From: Eledone cirrhosa
Lineage: Eukaryota
DNA length: 64,000 nt
Assembly (NCBI GenBank): GCA_964016885.1
Contig: OZ024749.1
Location: 1,364,001-1,428,000 of the forward strand
Direction of reading: 5' to 3'
Made by a program: the position numbers and the translations under genes. Positions 11,582 through 24,376 of the stretch are shown here, piece by piece. The notes under the pieces are model-generated. The model was not told the DNA's origin. It saw nothing but the letters and a program-made list of their open reading frames with translations, and did no database searches. How positions within the stretch are numbered: position 1 is the stretch's first letter; each line of letters begins with the position of its first letter.

Positions 11582-12371
11582 GAGAAGAAAGGGGAATACT
11601 GCGTGGTTGCACATGGGTTACATATTATAAAATTAGTCCCTCGTCAGTGATTTGCCAACCATCATTGGTATTTCATCGCATTAAAAATCATATACCTCAG
11701 GTTGGTGCGAGCAATAACTAAAAAAAGCTATTGGGACAAGTGAGTCGCGTAAAGCGAGTGAGACAAGTAAACAACATAGAAGGATAAAAGCAAACCGAAT
11801 ATAGGAAAAAAACAAGCAACATGGTTATCCGGTCAGCATAAGCTGGGTGAATTCCATGAGCGTTCAGAATACAGACCGTCCGACGTGAGTGAGATGTGAG
11901 AAAGGAAGAAAGAACCCCACTACCAACGAAACGGGAGGAAGTGAGAAGGGGAGAAACAGAGAGTGAGTGAGTGGAAGTGCGAGGAAGAGGTCAGTCGAGA
12001 GAAAGTGTAACTGACAGAGGGGGCGAAAGAAGGTGAGAGAAACAGAGAGAACGGGGGAGCAGTAAGAGAGAAAGAGAGAAACAGACAAACGCAGCCGAGG
12101 TAAATATGTATAAAAAACATGAGAAGAAAGTGGAATACTGCGTGGTTGCACATGGGTTACATATTATAAAATTAATCCCTCGTCAGTGATTTGCCAACCA
12201 TATATATATACATACACACACATATATATATATATATGGGCCTTCCAGTTTCATTTCACATTATATACATGTCTGTGAATATTTTAATTATTTAAAAATT
12301 ATTTTTAAGTGAACATGATTTAAAAAAATATTTTGAGGGGAATGTGACACAACGGGTCATGGGTGATCTAG
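11091..12371 (+). mobile_element. Helitron-like element with internal duplication
   Basis: A|TCTATATACTACTAAAAC start; GTGACACAACGGGTCAT-GGGTGAT-CTAG|T end; 11575-11662 is duplicated at 12114-12202. Confidence 0.5.
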
Positions 12372-12389
12372 TATATATATATATATATA

Positions 12390-15300
12390 TCATTATCATC
12401 ACCATTTAATGTCGATTCTTCCATGCTGGCATGGGTTAGATGGGTTGTCCTGTTGTGGGCAGTGTCTGGTCGGCTGACCTTGTCTTGCTCATACAGGAAC
12501 TGATTCTAGCTTGATTTCTACAGCTGGATGCCCTTCCTAACACCAACCTCATTTACAGTGAGTGCTGGGTGCTTTTTTTCTGTGACGCCTACACGTCCAC
12601 TTTACAGTGTGGGCTGGGTGCTTTTTTGTCGTGGCACCTCCAAGACCACTTTGCAGTGGGAGGGGGTGGGTACATATTGTCTATATGCTTCAGCTTCAGC
12701 TTGTACCCGTGGGGGTCAGGTCTTCTGTATTACTGCGTGACGCCAGAGGTCACGGTCGTGTGTCATCGCCTTTGAGAGGTGCAACTGGGTAAGGTCTGCT
12801 TTTATCACCTCATCCCAGGTCTTCTTGGGTCTCCCCACTCTGCGGCTTCCATCGACTTCTAGTGCTCTGTACCTTTTTATGCAGCTGTCATCCTTCATAC
12901 GCATCACATGTCCATACCAACGCAACCGCCTCTCCTTCACACAGCATTTGATTCCTCTTATGCTCAGTCTCTCTCTCAATTCATTTATGCTTTGCCGTTC
13001 ACGTATATTACTGTTACACATCCATCGGAGCATGCAAGCTTCATTTCTTTCTAATCTACGCAAGTCTTCTACACACAATACCCAGGTCTCACTACCATGT
13101 AACATTGCTGTTCGTATACACGCATCATAAGTCTGCCTTTTATTTTAAGGGAAAAGTCTTTTTCAGCTAGCAGTGGCAGAAGTTCCCTGAACTTCTTCCA
13201 TCCCGTTCTTACCCTAGTTACTGTACTTTCCAAACACCCACCTCCACTGCTAATTCGGCCACCTAGGTATCAAAAGCTGTCTACTGTTTCTGCAGAACCC
13301 TCTCAGAGTTTGGTGGTGCTTGTTTCCTGTGGCCTTAGCTAAGCTTCTTGAGATCCCACTACATCTCTTGTATACCCATTGTTTGCATTTGGGGCAGAGG
13401 ATGGGGGTCCAACCTACACCTTTCCTATATACTGAACAAGGCCATTTCCCTGGGGGGATCTGGGTTCTATTTTCTATTCTACTTATGAAGACCTTAGTCT
13501 TTGTCAGGTTGACTTTGAGACCCTTTCTTTCTAGTCCCTGCTTCCATGTTTGGAATTTCTTCTCTAGTTCCACCATAGATTCAGCTATAAGTGTGAGAAC
13601 ATCCGCATATAGGAGTTCCCATGGGCATCTGGTCTTAAACTCCTCCGTTATTGCCTGCAATACTATAATGAACAGGAGGGGGCTAAGAACAGAGCCCTGG
13701 TGGACACCGACCTGTACGCTAAATTCCTCGCTAAACTCATTGTTAACCCTAACTTGGCTGACTGCTCCCCTATACATGGCTTGTACAGCTTTCACAATCC
13801 ATTTATCTACTCCTAGTTTTCTAAGAGTCCACTAGATTATAGCACAGGGGACACTGTTGAAGGCTTTTTCCAGAACGACAAATACCAGGTAGAGCGGCTT
13901 ACTTTTAGCTAGGTACTTCTTCTGTAACTGCCTCACAAGGATGGTGCCTTTTCCTGGCACAAACCCCAATTGCATCTCATCTAGTTTCACTCGGTCCCTA
14001 ACCAACTGTCCTATAACTCTTTCCATTACTTTCATGACCTGGTCCATCAGCTTTATACCTCTATAGTTTCCTCTATCTAGTGCATCACCTTTACACTTGT
14101 AGCAGTTGACAATGATGCTGCTGCACCAATCCTTTGGTATGAGACTTTAACAGTATCATATAGATGTAGTAGTCTTATTATAATCACTAGTTTAGCAGCA
14201 GAGTTATAGACGTAGTAATGGTGCCACGAGGAACCATCTTTAGTAGAAAGATATGATAGGAATATCGACAACGACTTTAGCATGTTTTACATTATTTATT
14301 AACAAAGGTTGAGCTGAGTAGAGCTGGCATGCCAAGACAAATGAAACAAACAAATTAAGAATCCAGAAGGCTGAAGTGTTTCCAGGCCGTGGTTATATTG
14401 TTGTGTTACATATTGGCTAGTGATTTCACGGCGAAAGAAAAGTAGTTGTTTACCTTAGCGCGGTCAGGTTGCAAGAGAGAGATTTTTTAAGCTGACGCAG
14501 GAATTTTTCCCTCAGGGCGCGTAGAGATACATTCTCCTCCGCTGGCGGTCATTCTCCTCCGCTGGCGGTCATTGGTTGGGCTGAGCCAAATAACGCTCGG
14601 CGAATGTATACAAGGTCACTACAAGACCCTCTAGTATTATCTGGTTAACAATACGTGTGGTTATGGTGTAACCTACCGACCCAGATGCTGTCAGCATCTC
14701 AGAACTATTCCTAATGGACTGGTTGCCTTCCCTGTCTTCATATCTTTAATTACCTTACTTACTACACTACTGCTGACTTGTACTTCTGGCCCCTCTATAG
14801 GGTCCACTTGGGTTAGGGTCTCTTTTTCCCATGCATTCTCCTCATTTAGCAATCTTTCATAATGGCTCTTCCACGAAGCTTTCTACTCAGCACTTGTGAG
14901 GGCAAACTCACCTTTATCATTCCGGATACACTTCTCTCCAATGACATTACAATTCTCTCGGACACACTGCCGCACATTCTTGAACACCTCCTGTTTCTGG
15001 TCCTCACATTGCCAAACATGCTTGAATTTTCTATTCTCTGCTTCCCTCCTAACTGAGTATACTTGTTGGCTAGCTTCCCTCCTGGTCTCTATGTAACGTA
15101 CCCCGCGTTCTTCCATTCTTTCCATGCCTGTTTCTTAGTCTTAACTGCCTCATCCACCTTATTGTTCCACCATCAAGTCACTCTCCTCCCCCTGTGGCCT
15201 TGCTCCAGCCAACGATCTCGTCCTTCGCCTTTAGTAAGTTATTTTTTTAGGAACTCCCAGTGCTCTTCTACATCTTTAACCCCGTTACTGGCTGAGGAGT

Positions 15301-15400
15301 CGTTCAGCTTCCAGATCTTTCTTCTCCAGGTTGCCTTCTGTTTCCAAGATCATCTAGTTCTGACAATAAGGTCGCTGAAAACTAAGTTATGTTGGGAGGT
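12390..15400 (-). mobile_element. RTE family B LINE, decayed, interrupted at 14165-14623
   Basis: ORFs 14883..15125, 13832..14047, 13250..13795 (QGSVLSPLLF, LYADV) and 12716..13105, then 3' UTR and tail. Confidence 0.92.
14165..14623. mobile_element. Solo-LTR-like insertion
   Basis: TGTAGT...ACTACA termini inside the RTE coding sequence; 14462-14610 is similar to 17782-17900; no clean TSD. Confidence 0.55.
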
Positions 15401-15451
15401 ATATATATATATATATATATATATACAAGGAATGGAAATATCAACTCTTTC

Positions 15452-15556
<105 letters not shown>

Positions 15557-15583
15557 GGAACAGCTTGTTCCGTATAACCATGT

Positions 15584-15633
15584 CCATTACGAGCTGAAGA
15601 TCCGCTAAGGTGAAACAATTGTTCTCGGTATGG
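15584..15633 (+). ncRNA. Minimal type-I hammerhead motif
   Basis: CCATTACGAG-CTGAAGA-TCCGCTAAGGT-GAAA-C AATT G-TT^CTCGGTATGG; palindromic stem-III loop. Confidence 0.75.
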
Positions 15634-15778
15634 TGAACTAACTGTTGTGTAACCACTTCTACCTAACTCGTCCCATGGACTGAGTGCTCTACCACTACGG
15701 ATATTACCTTCCAGTGTTCTACCACTATATATATATATATATAAATTAGGATTGGTGCTCTGAAATAGCGATGTATAC

Positions 15779-16001
15779 ATGAATGTATGCATAACATATT
15801 TGGCAATATACCGTATGTTTAATTAAAAACATTTAGAAGACCTTGCGCTATCATTTTAAAGTACTGACTATGTCACTTCTTTTTTTTTTCGGCAAAGAAG
15901 TAAGTGACATAGTCACTACTTTAAAATGATAGCGCAACGTCTTCAAAATGTTTTTTATTAAACATACGGTATATTGCCAAATATACTATATATACATTCA
16001 T
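15779..16001. repeat. ~220-bp fold-back (MITE-like hairpin)
   Basis: TATTTGGCAATATACCGTATGTTTAAT...GACTATGTCACTT pairs with AAGTGACATAGTC...ATTAAACATACGGTATATTGCCAAATA. Confidence 0.85.
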
Positions 16002-16209
16002 AGCAAAAACAAACACTACAGGTAGCCTCACCCCAAAAAGAATTTCTATAGACTTTTGACTGAGGAATGCTCTCAAAACTGACCAATAGGAGGAGTGACC
16101 TTACAAATCTTTCTAACATTGAGATTGGGTATAACACACACACATTTTATTTGATTATTTTATTTTGTTCCTTTACTATCTTATTCCTTCTACCACTTTA
16201 TCGTTTTTT

Positions 16210-16607
16210 TTCGCTGACTCCACTACCAACATAAGAGTAGAGGTCAGATGTACTTAACAATAACAAGAACAACCACTACAGATTGCCTCGCCTCAGAACG
16301 AATTTCTATAGACTTTTGACTGAGGAATGTTCTCACAACTGACCAATGAGAGGAGAAGGTGTCCTTTGACGTTGAAATTCGTTTGTTTAAATTTATATGA
16401 TTCCAGTTCCTCAGTGAAATAACAACCCAACCAGGAACTGGGCATATCAGGGTATTGACAAAGTTAAACACCTCAACATGTGTACTCGTCTCTACAACAC
16501 TAATTCTAACGGCCTAAAGAGGTCACAGCCAAAGATGGCTGTCACCGAAATATATATATAGCAGTAATAAACGAAGCCAAATTTTAAACATTTGACTTAT
16601 TTATTTT

Positions 16608-16610
<3 letters not shown>
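16210..16610 (+). mobile_element. CCAAT-family non-coding element ending in a degenerate HHR, AATAAA and (TA)n
   Basis: CTAAAGA-GGTCACAGCCA AAGA TGGCTGTCACC-GAAA at ~16514-16550; homologous to 52250-52696. Confidence 0.6.
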
Positions 16611-16695
<85 letters not shown>

Positions 16696-16696
<1 letters not shown>

Positions 16697-17272
16697 CATA
16701 AGAGGAATCAAATGTTGTGTGCAGGAGAGGCGGTTGCGCTGGTATGGACATGTGATGAGTATGAAGGATGACAGCTGCATAAAAAGGTGCAGAGCACTAG
16801 AAGTTGATGGAAACCGCGGAGTGGGGAGACCCAAGATGACCTGGGATGAGGTGGTAAAAGCCGACCTTACCCAATTACACCTCTCAAAGACAATGACACA
16901 CGACCGTGACTTCTGGCGTCAGGCAGTAATACAGAGTACCCGACCTCTCATGGGTACAAGCTGAAGCATATAGACAATATGCCCCCACACCCCCCACCGC
17001 AAGGTGGTCGTGGAGGTGCCACGGCAAAAAAGCACCCAGCCCACACTGTAAAGTGGACGTGTATGCGCCACGAAAAAGCACCCAGCACTCACTGTAAATG
17101 AGTTTGGTGTTAGGAAGGGCATCCAGCTGTAGAAATCAAGCCAAATCAGTTCCTGTATGAGCAAGGCATGGTCAGCCGACCAGACACTGCCCACAACAGG
17201 ACAACCCGTCTAACCCATGCTAGCGTGGAAGAACGGACGTAAAACGGTGATGATGATGATGATGATGATGAT
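16696..17272 (+). mobile_element. RTE family B 3' fragment
   Basis: ORF 16719..16964 (RRLRWYGHV) plus complete 3' UTR and (GAT)n tail. Confidence 0.9.
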
Positions 17273-17450
17273 ATATATATATATATATATATATAGCGAG
17301 AGAGTAAATAAGAAAGTTCTTATCAAAGAACCCAAATAGTATTTTCCACTAAAAACTAATTTCATTGTTAATAAGAATATAATTTCATTCCCTAAAGAGA
17401 ACGAAACAAGAAGGTTTAACAGAAAGCATGGTTGATGTATATATATATAT

Positions 17451-17920
17451 TGTAAAGGAGCTTTTCATGCTTAAATACTCCTGCATCGAAAGACACCAAT
17501 TTTAACATATGTTATAGTTAGTAGCGCCACGTGAAGCATAATGATGATGTCAACAGCAGAAATAAGAGATGAAATGTATGTTTATTTTATTGTAGCACAA
17601 AGTAATGTTTGTTAAATTGTATGGTTGAAGTTAAACATAAAATGGTTACAAAAGGAATGTGGCATTGTGCCAGGCCCAAGGCAGGCCGACAGGCCAAAGT
17701 GAAAATCTCACCGTTACATTGTTTGTGTTGGTCCTTCGGCGTTCAAGCAGCAAAAGAATAAGTGGTCTTTACATTAGCATGGTCAGGATGCAAGAGAGAG
17801 ATTTCTCGAATCGAATTTTTCCTGCAGGGCGCGTAGAAATACATTCTCCTCCGCTGGCGGTCATTGGCCTGGCTGAGCCAAATAACGCACGAAGAATGTA
17901 TGTGAGCCTGCGGAATGTAG
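17451..17920. mobile_element. LTR-like element related to 14165-14623
   Basis: Starts TGTAA after (TA)n; shares CAGGGCGCGTAGA.ATACATTCTCCTCCGCTGGCGGTCATTGG...GCTGAGCCAAATAACGC. Confidence 0.45.
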
Positions 17921-17924
17921 GTCA

Positions 17925-20297
17925 ATAAGTAGCAACCAGTAGCAACAAGTAGCAATGAGAAGGCAACCAGAAGGCAGCAAGTAGCAACAAGAAGGCAACC
18001 AGAAGGCAACAAGTAGCAACAAGAAGGCAACAAGTAGCAACAATAAGGCAACAAGTAGCAACAAGTAGCAACAAGTAGCAATAAGTAGTAACAAGAAGGC
18101 AACAAGTAGCAACCAGAAGCAACAAGAAGGCAACAAGTAGCAACCAGAAGGCAACAAGTAGCAACCTGAAGCAACAAAAAGGCAACAAGTAGCAACAAGA
18201 AGGCAACAAGTAGCAACAAGAAGGCAAAAAGTAGCAACCAGAAGCAACAAGTAGCAACAAGAAGGCAACAAGTAGCAACAAGAAGGCAATAAGTAGCAAC
18301 AAGAAGGCAACAAGTAGCAACTAGAAGCAACAAGAAGGCAACAAGTAGCAACAAGAAGGCAATAAGTAGCAACAAGAAGGTAACAAGTAGCAACTAGAAG
18401 CAACAAGAAGGCAACAAGTAGCAATAAGAAGGCAACAAGTAGCAACAAGAAGGCAACAAGGAGCAACAAGTAGCAGCAAGTAGCAACAAGAAGGCAACAA
18501 GTAGCAACCTGAAGCAACAAGAAGGCAACAAGAAGCAACAAGTAGCAACAAGAAGGCAACAAGTAGCAACAAGTAGCAACAGGTAGCAACAAGTAGCAAC
18601 AAGAAGGCAACAAGTAGCAACCAGAAACAACAAGTAGCAACAAGAAGGCAACAAGTAGCAACTAGAAGCAACAAGAAGGCAACAAGTAGCAACAAGAAGG
18701 CAATAAGTAGCAACAAGAAGGCAATAAGTAGCAACAAGAAGGCAACAAGAAGCAACAAGAAGGCAACAAGTAGCAATAAGAAGGCAACAAGTAGCAACAA
18801 GAAGGCAACAAGTAGCAACAAGTAGCAACAAGAAGGCAACAAGTAGCAACCAGAAGCAACAAGTAGCAACAAGAAGGCAACAAGTAGCAACAAGTAGCAA
18901 CAAGAAGGCAACAAGTAGCAACCAGAAGCAACAAGTAGCAACAAGAAGGCAACAAGTAGCAACCAGAAGTAACAAGAAGGCAACAAGTAGCAACAAGTAG
19001 CAGCAAGTAGCAGCAAGCAAGTAGCAACAAGAAGGCAACAAGTAGCAACCAGAAGCAACAAGAAGGCAACATGTAGCAACAAGAAGGCAACAAGTAGCAA
19101 CAAGAAGGCAACAAGTAGCAACAAGTAGCAGCAAGTAGCAACAAGTAGCAACCAGAAGCAACAAGAAGGCAACAAGAAGCAACAAGTAGCAACAAGAAGG
19201 CAACAAGTAGCAACAAGTAGCAACAGGTAGCAACAAGTAGCAACAAGATGGCAACAAGTAGCAACCAGAAACAACAAGTAGCAACAAGAAGGCAACAAGT
19301 AGCAACTAGAAGCAACAAGAAGGCAACAAGTAGCAACAAGAAGGCAATAAGTAGCAACAAGAAGGCAACAAGTAGCAACTAGAAGCAACAAGAAGGCAAC
19401 AAGTAGCAATAAGAAGGCAACAAGTAGCAACAAGAAGGCAACAAGTAGCAACAAGAAGGCAACAAGTAGAAACCAGAAGCAACAAGTAGCAACAAGAAGG
19501 CAACAAGTAGCAACAAGTAGCAACAAGAAAGCAACAAGTAGCAACCAGAAGCAACAAGTAGCAACAAGAAGGCAACAAGTAGCAACCAGAAGTAACAAGA
19601 AGGCAACAAGTAGCAACAAGTAGCAGCAAGTAGCAACAAGAAGGCAACAAGTAGCAACCAGAAGCAACAAGAAGGCAACATGTAGCAACAAGAAGGCAAC
19701 AAGTAGCAACAAGAAGGCAACAAGAAGCAACAAATAGTAACAAGAAGGCAACAAGTAGCAACAAGTAGCAACAAGTAGCAACAAGAAGGCAACAAGTAGC
19801 AACAAGTAGAAACAAGTAGCAACAAGAAGGCAACAAGTAGCAACAAGTAGCAACAAGTAGCAACAAGAAGGCAACAAGTAGCAACCAGAAGGCAACAAAT
19901 AGCAACAAGAAAACAACAAGTAGCAACCAGAAGCAACAAGAAGGCAACAAGTAGCAACAAGTAGCAATAAGTAGCAACAGGTAGCAACAAGTAGCAACAA
20001 GAAGGCAACAAGTAGCAACAAGTAGCAACAAGTAGCAACCAGAAGGCAATAAGTAGCAACCAGAAGCAACAAGAAGGCAACAAGTAGCAACAAGAAGGCA
20101 ACAAGTAACAACCAGAAGGCAACAAGTAGCAACCAGAAGGCAACAAGTAGCAACCAGAAGCAACAAGTAGCAACCAGAAGGCAACAAATAGCAACCAAAA
20201 GGCAACAAGTAGCAACCAGAAGCAACAAGTAGCAACCAGAAGCAACAAGTAGCAACAAGAAGGCAACAAGTAGCAGCCAGAAGCAACAAGAAGCAAA
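17925..20297. repeat. 2.4-kb satellite of 10/11-nt units (AGCAACAAGT / AGCAACAAGAAGGCAACAAGT)
   Basis: Direct read; produces the LLVATCC pseudo-ORFs in all three minus frames. Confidence 0.95.
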
Positions 20298-20594
20298 CAA
20301 AAATAAAATGTTCAACAATAATATACATACATATATGTATATATACACACATATTTATGTATATATACGCACATGTATATACATACATATATGTATACAT
20401 ACACACATATATACATACGTATATGTATATATATACACACACACATATATACATATATGTACACATACACAGATATTTTATTACTTCTGTAAATGAATGT
20501 GATGGAATAGCTGGAGAATGAGAAATAAAATGATTGCAAGATAACATTGTTAAAATGTTTCATTCTACCGTAATACACAACTAAGAAATATCGG

Positions 20595-20636
20595 AGTTGC
20601 TACATAGAGTTTCTCATTTCCAATCCTCAGGCAACT
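20595..20636 (-). ncRNA. Minimal hammerhead motif candidate
   Basis: AGTTGC-CTGAGGA-TTGGAAATGA-GAAA-C TCTAT G-TA^GCAACT; perfect 6-bp stem I, weak stem II. Confidence 0.6.
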
Positions 20637-20716
20637 GAATACCCGTATTATGGAGTTTTATATCATAAAGCCAGGGGTGGTTTCAGGTGATTGGGTATCA
20701 GAAGGGTTTTATCTGG

Positions 20717-20769
<53 letters not shown>

Positions 20770-20772
<3 letters not shown>

Positions 20773-23400
20773 AAATAAGATGCTGAGGTTTCATATATCG
20801 TTTCATCATAATAATTATTTCTACGGTTCTCCATGCAATCGAGATGTCCTTCATGCATTTGCTGTTGATTATGAGAACGTTTTCCTCAGATGAAGATCGA
20901 TATATTTGATATCACGCTGGCAGGAAAACACACATCCTAATACCTGTGCGCCCAGCATACATATGAGTTCCTTGAAGGGTTTGCCAGCCGTCGTGTTTGT
21001 TAGAAAAAGCTATCACCGAAAAAACGAAAAGAACGAAGAACCGTGTGTAACCAAAACCCAGTAGACAGTTGAAAGAATACAAGGAGCTCTGAGGGGGGTG
21101 GGGTATACATTTAGTGGACGACCATCTATAGACAACAACAACAACTACAACAACAACAATGACAGTAACATCAAACCGCCGACCAAAGTTGTCCACACTG
21201 GTCGCAATAGTCGTGTTGATAGCATCACCCTATTGACAACAACAACTAAAACAACAGCTACAGTAAAAACACTTACAACGACAACAGCAACAAACGACAA
21301 CAACAGCAAAAACACAGACCAGCGTCGTGTATACAGGTTGTAGTCGTCATAGTGACGGTACCACCCTGTTGACCGTAAACAGCGATAACGCTAAAGCCAT
21401 AAAAAGGAGTTTAGAGGTAGTACACAGAGTTGGTATCAATCACCATGACCATAAACAGTAACAACAACAATGACAACGACAACAAACACCAACACCGCCC
21501 ATCACCCACCTCGTTCGTCGCAGTAGTGGTGGTCTCAACTATGTCAGTATTAAGCTATTGGTAACATCACCAACAACAACAACAACACCAGCGATGACCC
21601 CCACCACGGCGACAACAGGAAAAAAAGCCACGCTTCCATGAAAATTAAACTAACCACAATAGTAGTCAGTTGAAACAAGGAAGTGAAAATGGGATAGAAA
21701 ACATAGATGGGTATTTATATATATAAAAACATTCCCAGTTAATACAATCCTCCTCTATCATTGGAAGGCACAAGGCCAGCAATGATCATAGCATTCAGTC
21801 CCAACCACAGTGGCAACAATACTATCAAAAGGGCTGTTAGGCCATGGAAGAGAGTTACGGGAAGCGAAAGTAGGAACAGGAACAAATAGAAGAAACGAGA
21901 ACACAGAGAACACAATAATAAAGGAACGGGACAAAATACATAAAAAAAACAGCAGTAGGTATATAAACAGAGGAATAGGGAACAAAGGACAAGAAAACAA
22001 GTACACATAGAGACTCCAGGTGTGCAAATAAGATATCCAAGGTTCGCCTGACGCTGGGGTTTCCGCGAGGCTATGCCCGGCTTCCACAGACAAGATTGCA
22101 AAAGTGTTCAACTAGTACCACTATGTTGCTAGTCCGTACAGTTTGAGGAAGGTTCCAGAAGATCTGTGGAGCGAGGAGCTGAAGAGGTTACTCCTTTTAT
22201 TGATAACTCGAGCTCCCCTCTTGATTATTTCCATAATCTCAGTGGCACACAAATCGCACGAGTCATGTCCACCCTCTCTGTAGGGTTGAGCCGATGCTAC
22301 CTTGGACCACGACATGGTGAATTCTACGTTATCCCATTTGAGACGCCACACTAGTTCGGAGAGGGCGGTGCTGTGCTTCTTATCCGCCCTCCTAAAGGTG
22401 TGGCAGTGATTGTATCAGCATTCCTTAAACTTATTAGCCGTGACTCCGATATAGGTGACGGCATGATTGCTGGTATTCACCCTACATTCATATACTAAGC
22501 CACTGCCGAGGCACCTACCATCCAGGGGCAGCTACCGGGGTTTCTACAATTACAACCCAGAGGCGTGTTGCCGCCTGTATCAACGGAACGCGTTGTGATT
22601 CCCCGGTCTTTCACGGTCCAAGACGTTACCAACAGAGGAAGAGGTATTTGTGCGGTGCGTCTTCTCACGGTTGCTGTTTCCCCTGGAGTTGCGGCCGTTT
22701 TTTAATCTACTGCGGTTCAAGGCTTCTATGTTTTGTGCTAGGTTTCTAGTTGTGGAGTAGGACAATTTAACCGTGTGCCTGTTGAAGATGATGTGATACC
22801 GATGTTGCTTATCCAAAGCCCTGAAGAAAGAGGCCGTTATGTTGTTGCGTAAACCGGCGTTAAACCAAATGACATTACGGGAACGGGTTCGCTTCTTGTT
22901 GTAGTCACCAGTCCCTGCACCCGTTCCGTCAGAGTATGTGTTACGTATACGCTGTGGATGTCTGGAATAGTCATTCCCCCCAATTTGTCGCTGCCTGCCC
23001 ACACTCACAGCTAGTAACCATGGGATTATTTTGAGTCGTTTATAGTCAATAGGTGTTTGTTTGTTAAATGTAAATTCCACCGAATTGCTGGCCATGTTGT
23101 TATTGTAGGTATATTATCTCATGCATTTTTATCTACAAATTATCTTTTCTAGGGTTTGTATTAACCGTTATTAAGCTGTTGGTAAACTGTTAGGTTGCTT
23201 AATTTTATGAGTTTACACAGGAAGTTGTAAAGGGGGTTAATAACAAAAGGAGGTAATTAAGGTTGTTGATAAATTAAGGGTTGTTTTAATATTGTAGTAG
23301 TGTTATAAATTAATCTTTATAGAGTATATAAAATATTATTATTGGTTATTGATTATATAATTGTTATCTGTTAAACTTGTGGGGAGGGAGTTAAAAACAT
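20770..23400 (-). mobile_element. Penelope-like element remnant: eroded RT end, Cys linker, GIY-YIG, long 3' UTR, HHR
   Basis: RSRNVIWFN, KLSYSTTRN, CNCRNPGSCP, LVYEC...YIGVT, STALSELVW, CDLC..E, NKRSNLFS across frameshifts; ends at (TA)n. Confidence 0.85.
20793..20905 (-). ncRNA. Hammerhead motif with extended stem II at the PLE 3' end
   Basis: ATATATCGATCTTCAT-CTGAGGA-AAACGTTCTCATAATC...GATTGCATGGAGAACCGTA-GAAA-T AATT A-TT^ATGATGAAACGATATAT. Confidence 0.65.
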
Positions 23401-23458
23401 TTTAAAAATTATTTTATTATAACTAGATAGTTTTTACATAGTTAGTATATGTGTATAT

Positions 23459-23650
23459 AATTGTTTCTACTTTTGGCACAAGGCCAGAAATTATCCCAGT
23501 GTATTACTGGTACTTTATTTTATCGACCCCGTAGGGATGAAAGGCAAAGTTAACCTCGGCGGGATTTGAACTCAGACCATAAAGGGCCGTAACTCTTTGC
23601 TGCAAAGCACGGCGTCTGACCCTCTACCGATACTGCCAATACACCGCCCT
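23459..23650 (-). mobile_element. SINE family 1
   Basis: Full-length reverse copy; flanking direct repeat TGTGTATATAA. Confidence 0.9.
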
Positions 23651-23670
23651 TGTGTATATAATATAAGGTA

Positions 23671-24342
23671 GGCATAGGTTAAGAATAACGTTCGCGAAAA
23701 TGAAAGTCAATTTTCTGACAAGTGAATGTGTTTGTTTGGTTTTTTTTTACAATGAAAGTTACGATACACTGTTTGTTTATTTACAACAGGTCTCTATAGT
23801 GATATGGTGTTAATTAGTATTGCGTGTGTGATTATTTTCTCTTATATATATATGTGTGGGTGTGTGTATGTGTGTATATATATGTGTGTCTGTATGTATA
23901 TATATATGTGTGTTTGTATATAAATATGTGTTTGTGTCATCATCATCGTTTAGATGTTTTTACCCAAATCCCTTATCATTCTCTGTCCTTCTTATGACCC
24001 GGCCTTAATTTCTTTATAGTTGGTGCCAACTTTGGCAAGATATTACAAAAACATCTAAACGATGATGATGACACAAACACATATATATATACAAACACAC
24101 ATATATATATATATACATACAGACACACATATATATACACACATATACACACCCACACATATATATATAAGAGAAAATAATCACACACGCAATACTAATT
24201 AACACCATATCACTATAGAGACCTGTTGTAAATAAACAATTGCGTGTGTATCGTAACTTTCATTGTAAAAAAAACAAACAAACACATTCACTTGTCAGAA
24301 AATTGACTTTCATTTTCGCGAACGTTATTCTTAACCTATGCC
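23671..24342. mobile_element. Mutator/foldback-type MITE with ~290-bp TIRs and a 9-bp TSD
   Basis: GGCATAGGTTAAGAATAACG...CGTTATTCTTAACCTATGCC; TSD TATAAGGTA at 23662-23670 and 24343-24351; ~87-bp spacer. Confidence 0.88.
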
Positions 24343-24345
24343 TAT

Positions 24346-24376
<31 letters not shown>

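Noticed and set aside
17743-20547. Long Cys/Leu-rich ORFs up to 675 aa
   Set aside because: Open in all three minus frames because the satellite lacks stop codons; no domain evidence.
22410-22420. In-frame TGA as selenocysteine in GIY-YIG
   Set aside because: It falls at the Trp of the ERWYNH motif (compare ~45905), so it is an ordinary nonsense mutation.
22580-23095. RT-less, endonuclease-only PLE with its own ATG
   Set aside because: MASNSVEF..NKQTP..Y and the upstream AT-rich DNA look like an eroded RT C-terminus, so truncation and decay are the simpler explanation.
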